From positions 10,509 to 74,508 of the forward strand of contig CAYFSJ010000001.1 in NCBI GenBank assembly GCA_964345765.1: a stretch of 64,000 nt of DNA, read 5' to 3'. Position numbers and translations under genes: made by a program. This document shows positions 60,291 through 64,000 of the stretch, one piece after another; position 1 is the stretch's first letter; every line of letters starts with the position of its first letter. Source of the stretch: an uncultured Erysipelothrix sp. Its GTDB lineage: Bacteria; Bacillota_I; Bacilli_A; Erysipelotrichales; Erysipelotrichaceae. The notes below the pieces were generated by a model. That model had not been told where the DNA came from and ran no database searches. It worked only from the letters and a program-made list of their open reading frames with translations.

Positions 60291-61679
60291 ATGGCAAAGA
60301 AATATAAAACACTTGATGATGTTAAGAAAGAGTTTAAGAGCATCTATTCCAAAAAGAAGAAATTAACTCAAGAACAGGTTGATAATGCCATCGACCATTT
60401 AGATTTAACTGATGATGATACAGAAGATTTGTTTGAATGGTTTAATCAAAATAAAATAAAAATTTCAGATGATTTAGAAGAAATCGATGAAGAAGAAGTC
60501 GTCGATCAGGTTAATAAAGAAAACGCTGATGATGACGGAGATTATAGTGATGACTTTTTTACAGGTGAAGAAGGGGACGAACCTTTTGATGAATCGGTTA
60601 ATACAGTTGATTTATCCTCTTATGAGAATAAATCAATTAATGTTTCGAATGTTAAAATTAATGATCCGGTCAAAATCTATTTAAAGGAAATTGGTCGAGT
60701 TAACTTGCTTGAAGCTGAAGATGAACCAGAAATTGCTAGACGAATTCAAGATGGTCTTAAGGCGGAAGAATTACTTTATCACATGTATGATGATGTCGAT
60801 GATGCTGAAAAAGAAGATTTCTCTCATTTAGAAGAAGATCAAAGACCTCCAATTGAATACATCGTTCAATTTTTGTTCAATTATTACGACTCAGATGCAG
60901 CAGCTGAATCCTATATTCAAAACTGTAATATGACTCGTTTTGATGGATTAGAAGCCCGTCGTATTCTTATTTCTGCTAACCTTCGTTTAGTTGTTTCCAT
61001 CGCCAAGAAATATGTTGGTCGTGGTATGTCCTTCTTAGATTTAATTCAAGAAGGAAATATGGGACTTGTTAAGGCAGTTGAAAAGTTTGACTACACCAAA
61101 GGATTCAAGTTCTCAACTTACGCAACCTGGTGGATTAGACAAGCAATTACCAGAGCGATTGCTGACCAAGCCAGAACTATCCGTATTCCAGTTCATATGG
61201 TTGAAACAATTAATAAATTAACTCGTATTCAAAGAAACTTAGTACAAACACTAGGAAGAGATCCAAGTGCCGAAGAAATTGCGAAAGAAATGGGTAATAT
61301 TACACCTGAAAAAGTTCGTGATATTCAAAAGATTGCCATGGAACCAGTATCGCTTGAAACACCAATTGGTGAAGAAGATGATTCTCATCTAGGTGACTTT
61401 ATTGAGGATAAGGACGTTATTTCTCCTAGTTCATACGCAAACAATGAACTTCTTAAAAATGAAATCAATATGGTTTTAGAAGGATTGACTGAGCGTGAAG
61501 AAAAAGTACTTCGTCTAAGATTTGGTCTATATGATGGAAGAACAAGAACACTTGAAGAAGTCGGTAAAGAGTTCAATGTGACACGTGAGCGTATTCGTCA
61601 AATTGAAGCAAAAGCTCTTCGTAAATTAAAACATCCATCTCGTTCAAAACGTCTAAAAGACTTCTTAGATCGTAGCTAA
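60291..61679 (+). CDS. sigA: Primary sigma factor SigA/RpoD, with an extra segment between regions 1.2 and 2.1
   Basis: [16 protein letters not shown] (1.2), [18 protein letters not shown] (2.1), [27 protein letters not shown] (2.4/3.0), and [27 protein letters not shown] (4.2). ATG 60291 follows AAGGAGGG. Confidence 0.96.
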   Translation: MAKKYKTLDDVKKEFKSIYSKKKKLTQEQVDNAIDHLDLTDDDTEDLFEWFNQNKIKISDDLEEIDEEEVVDQVNKENADDDGDYSDDFFTGEEGDEPFDESVNTVDLSSYENKSINVSNVKINDPVKIYLKEIGRVNLLEAEDEPEIARRIQDGLKAEELLYHMYDDVDDAEKEDFSHLEEDQRPPIEYIVQFLFNYYDSDAAAESYIQNCNMTRFDGLEARRILISANLRLVVSIAKKYVGRGMSFLDLIQEGNMGLVKAVEKFDYTKGFKFSTYATWWIRQAITRAIADQARTIRIPVHMVETINKLTRIQRNLVQTLGRDPSAEEIAKEMGNITPEKVRDIQKIAMEPVSLETPIGEEDDSHLGDFIEDKDVISPSSYANNELLKNEINMVLEGLTEREEKVLRLRFGLYDGRTRTLEEVGKEFNVTRERIRQIEAKALRKLKHPSRSKRLKDFLDRS

Positions 61680-62344
61680 TGGCTCTCTCTAGACGATTAC
61701 AGTCTATTTTAAGCATGATTGAACCTTGTCATCTATTACTAGATATAGGGAGCGATCATGCTTTACTCTGTATAGAGGCTGTTAAACAAAATAAGGCACA
61801 ATTAGCTATTGCTGCTGATAATAAAGAAGGTCCAATTTCTAAAGCGATTAAAAATATTGAAAATCATCAATTATCTGATAAGGTAATTCCTGTTCTCTCT
61901 GATGGGGCCACTAATATTGATCATCAAGCTGACTGTATTGTTGTGGCAGGTTTAGGTGCTGAAACTATAACACAGATTATTGAAGCAACAAAAGAACACT
62001 TCCAACAAGCCAAACAACTTATCTTTAGTCCCCATTCAAAAGTTGAACATCTTCGTAACTATCTTTATACCAATGGATACGATATAACAAGGGAACAGTT
62101 AGTTTTTGATGAGAAATACTATATATTAATTAGTGCTGCTTATACTTCAAAGAATAAAGAGGCTGATATAACTGATTTGTATTTAGGGCAACTAAAAAAA
62201 GATGTTCTATATTCACAATGGATAGAACATCAAAGAAATCACTATCAAGTTTTAACTATTAAAAATAGTGATTATGATTGCATTTATCAACTTTTTAATC
62301 AAGAATCTTATCAAATTCAATCGAAGGAAATGGATGAGGATTAG
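61679..62344 (+). CDS. trmK: tRNA (adenine22-N1)-methyltransferase TrmK
   Basis: LSRRLQSILSMI...LLDIGSDHALL...AIAADNKEGP, typical of TrmK/YqfN. Located after sigA, as remembered for Bacillus. Confidence 0.8.
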   Translation: MALSRRLQSILSMIEPCHLLLDIGSDHALLCIEAVKQNKAQLAIAADNKEGPISKAIKNIENHQLSDKVIPVLSDGATNIDHQADCIVVAGLGAETITQIIEATKEHFQQAKQLIFSPHSKVEHLRNYLYTNGYDITREQLVFDEKYYILISAAYTSKNKEADITDLYLGQLKKDVLYSQWIEHQRNHYQVLTIKNSDYDCIYQLFNQESYQIQSKEMDED

Positions 62345-63212
62345 CTAAATCAAGTTCTCTCATATATTTGACTACCATGTTAGTTAAATAGTTTGGTGTT
62401 GATGCACCAGAAGTAATTCCAATTCGCCAATCATCCTGTAATTGACTAATATCTAGTTGATGCAAGGATTCAATCTTGAAGATATGTTGAATACCATGGT
62501 TTTGACCAATCTTTGCTAACATGGCCGTATTATTGGAAGTAGGGTCACCGACAACAATTAAGGCGTCTAATTCCTGTTGCTTAATAATTGCTTCTTGTCT
62601 CGCTCGAGTAGCAAAACAAATCTCATTGTTTACATCAGCATGGGGATATTTGGCTACAATCGCATTGAGAATCTGTTGAATTTCTAAGGTAGAAAGAGTC
62701 GTTTGATTAGTCACCATAATTGGTTTATTGAAATCTAAATTAAGTAAATCGACATCTTGAGTATTGCTAATAAAGTGAATCGGATCAAAGGATTCAGTCA
62801 CAGCCAATGCTTCAGGATGTTTTTCTTTTCCCACATAAATTACTTGAGAGCCTTTATTGATGGCAGATTGGATTAGATCATGAGTTGAAGAGACATCTTC
62901 ACAGGTGGCATCTAAAACTTGAAGACCTTTTTCTTTGGCTCTCTCTCTTACTTTATCTGAGACACCGTGGGCAGAAAAAATAACGATTCCATTCTGTATT
63001 TCTTCCAGTAATTGTAATCGTGATTTTTGTGGGTCATTAACTGTCATAATGTTTCGTTGTTTTAATGCTTCAACAATGTAGTAATTATGGACCAATGATC
63101 CAAGTATATGAATAGGGGTCTGTGGATAGCTTTCTCGTGCCTTTTTAGCCAAGATAATGGCTCTAATGACACCTTTACAGTACCCTCTAGGTTTTATATC
63201 AATAATTTCCAT
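62295..63212 (-). CDS. ispH: 4-hydroxy-3-methylbut-2-enyl diphosphate reductase IspH
   Basis: PRGYCKGVIRAI, SLVHN, SAHGVS, NQTT, CFATRARQ, VVGDPTSNNT. ATG 63212 after GGAG is preferred to the ORF-track start 63296. Confidence 0.92.
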   Translation of the reverse strand: MEIIDIKPRGYCKGVIRAIILAKKARESYPQTPIHILGSLVHNYYIVEALKQRNIMTVNDPQKSRLQLLEEIQNGIVIFSAHGVSDKVRERAKEKGLQVLDATCEDVSSTHDLIQSAINKGSQVIYVGKEKHPEALAVTESFDPIHFISNTQDVDLLNLDFNKPIMVTNQTTLSTLEIQQILNAIVAKYPHADVNNEICFATRARQEAIIKQQELDALIVVGDPTSNNTAMLAKIGQNHGIQHIFKIESLHQLDISQLQDDWRIGITSGASTPNYLTNMVVKYMRELDLANPHPFPSIEFDKILD

Positions 63213-63252
63213 TTTCAATCTCCGTGTAGTTAATATACCATAGTTTTGGTTA

Positions 63253-63261
63253 TGGTATAAT
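63253..63261 (+). promoter_or_regulatory. Extended -10 element upstream of the DEAD-box helicase gene
   Basis: TGGTATAAT (TGnTATAAT), 24 nt upstream of ATG 63285. The -35 is weak. Confidence 0.45.
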
Positions 63262-63284
63262 ATTGATGCAAAGGATGACAAGTT

Positions 63285-64000
63285 ATGAAACAACAATTAC
63301 AAGAAAAAGCTCAATCATTATTTAACTTCTTAAAGTTTAATGAATTAACGACAATCCAACAACTTACTTATCAAAAAGTCATGAATGATGATGATTTAAT
63401 TGTACAATCAGCAACAGGTTCTGGTAAAACGCATGCCTTCTTATTTCCATTAATGGATCAAATTGATACCACTAAAAAATATACTCAGGCAGTGATTATC
63501 GCACCAACTAGAGAATTGGCGATGCAAATTCATCGGTTTGCGATGGATATGAAACAAGTTGATGATAAATTAACACTAGCCTTGCTCATTGGTGGTAAGG
63601 ATCGCTTAAATACCATTGAAGAATCACATATTGTGATTGGTACACCAGGCCGACTTCAAGATGAATTTAGTTCAGGCATGTTACTAGCTCAAAATGCGAA
63701 GCATGTCATTTTAGATGAAGCCGATATGATTTGGGAGTATGGTTTTATTGATGAATTAGCTGATGTAATTAATCGTATCAACAAACCATTTCAGTTTTTA
63801 GTCTTCTCAGCCACCATTCCTGATGAACTTCAAGCATTTGTGCGTAAAGCGATGAATAATCCTCAGACAATTGTTAATAAAGAGAAAAGTGAGTACAATC
63901 CTAAGATTAATCATTATTTAATACAATCCGTTTCAAAGGATGCGGTTGACTCTATTTTAGAAGTAATGGCTTCCGTTCAAATGTCTGGTTGTATTATCTT
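63285..64000 (+). CDS. DEAD-box ATP-dependent RNA helicase (5' part; continues beyond the window)
   Basis: Not in the ORF track because no stop lies inside the window. ATG 63285, Q-motif region TTIQQ, motif I ATGSGKTHAF, Ia APTRELA, and motif II ILDEADMI. Confidence 0.85.
   Translation, partial: MKQQLQEKAQSLFNFLKFNELTTIQQLTYQKVMNDDDLIVQSATGSGKTHAFLFPLMDQIDTTKKYTQAVIIAPTRELAMQIHRFAMDMKQVDDKLTLALLIGGKDRLNTIEESHIVIGTPGRLQDEFSSGMLLAQNAKHVILDEADMIWEYGFIDELADVINRINKPFQFLVFSATIPDELQAFVRKAMNNPQTIVNKEKSEYNPKINHYLIQSVSKDAVDSILEVMASVQMSGCII

Noticed and set aside
1-64000. Looked for CRISPR arrays, transposases, integrases, phage genes, toxin-antitoxin pairs, restriction-modification or other defence genes, and tRNA/rRNA genes
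   Set aside because: None was found. All repeats seen are short in-frame coding repeats or terminator hairpins. Every ORF over 90 aa outside known genes is accounted for by a housekeeping family or listed as unknown.

Overview
AT-rich, densely packed chromosomal segment of a low-GC Firmicute-type bacterium with a cell wall. The code is standard, since TGA is used as a stop. I call about 62 protein genes, one RNase P RNA (type B, compact), one T-box leader and several intrinsic terminators and sigma-A-like promoters. I saw no tRNA/rRNA, CRISPR array, transposase, integrase, phage gene or recognisable defence gene. The content is almost entirely housekeeping. From memory, it is collinear with conserved Bacillus-type blocks: plsY|parE-parC; yqeH-yhbY-nadD/yqeK-rsfS-yqeM-like; mtnN; dnaD-nth; ponA-recU|gpsB-rnpB; rodZ-pgsA-recA-rny-ymdB; miaB; rnj; ftsK; BMP-type nucleoside ABC transporter; pncB; M16 peptidase pair; ssb; thyA-folA; scpA-scpB-rluB; murE; deoC; rpsU-phoH ... 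ybeY-dgkA-cdd-era-recO-glyQS-dnaG-sigA-trmK; ispH. I found no convincing new multi-gene system of the defence-island kind. The best leads are: (1) a self-contained 4.9-kb MacB-type ABC module between nth and ponA, with two different membrane-fusion proteins, one carrying a ~150-aa domain inserted at its coiled-coil tip; (2) an apparent deletion scar of a Pho two-component/Pst operon between phoH and ybeY, next to a Na/Pi symporter; (3) a T-box leader with a probable CGU (Arg) specifier controlling an amino-acid ABC transporter; (4) lineage-specific insertions or degenerate motifs in core proteins (SigA, PBP1A, RNase J, a HAD-like protein, a NadD-YqeK fusion); (5) an unexplained structured 290-bp spacer inside the nucleoside ABC operon. 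All homology statements come from reading motifs by eye; no searches were run.
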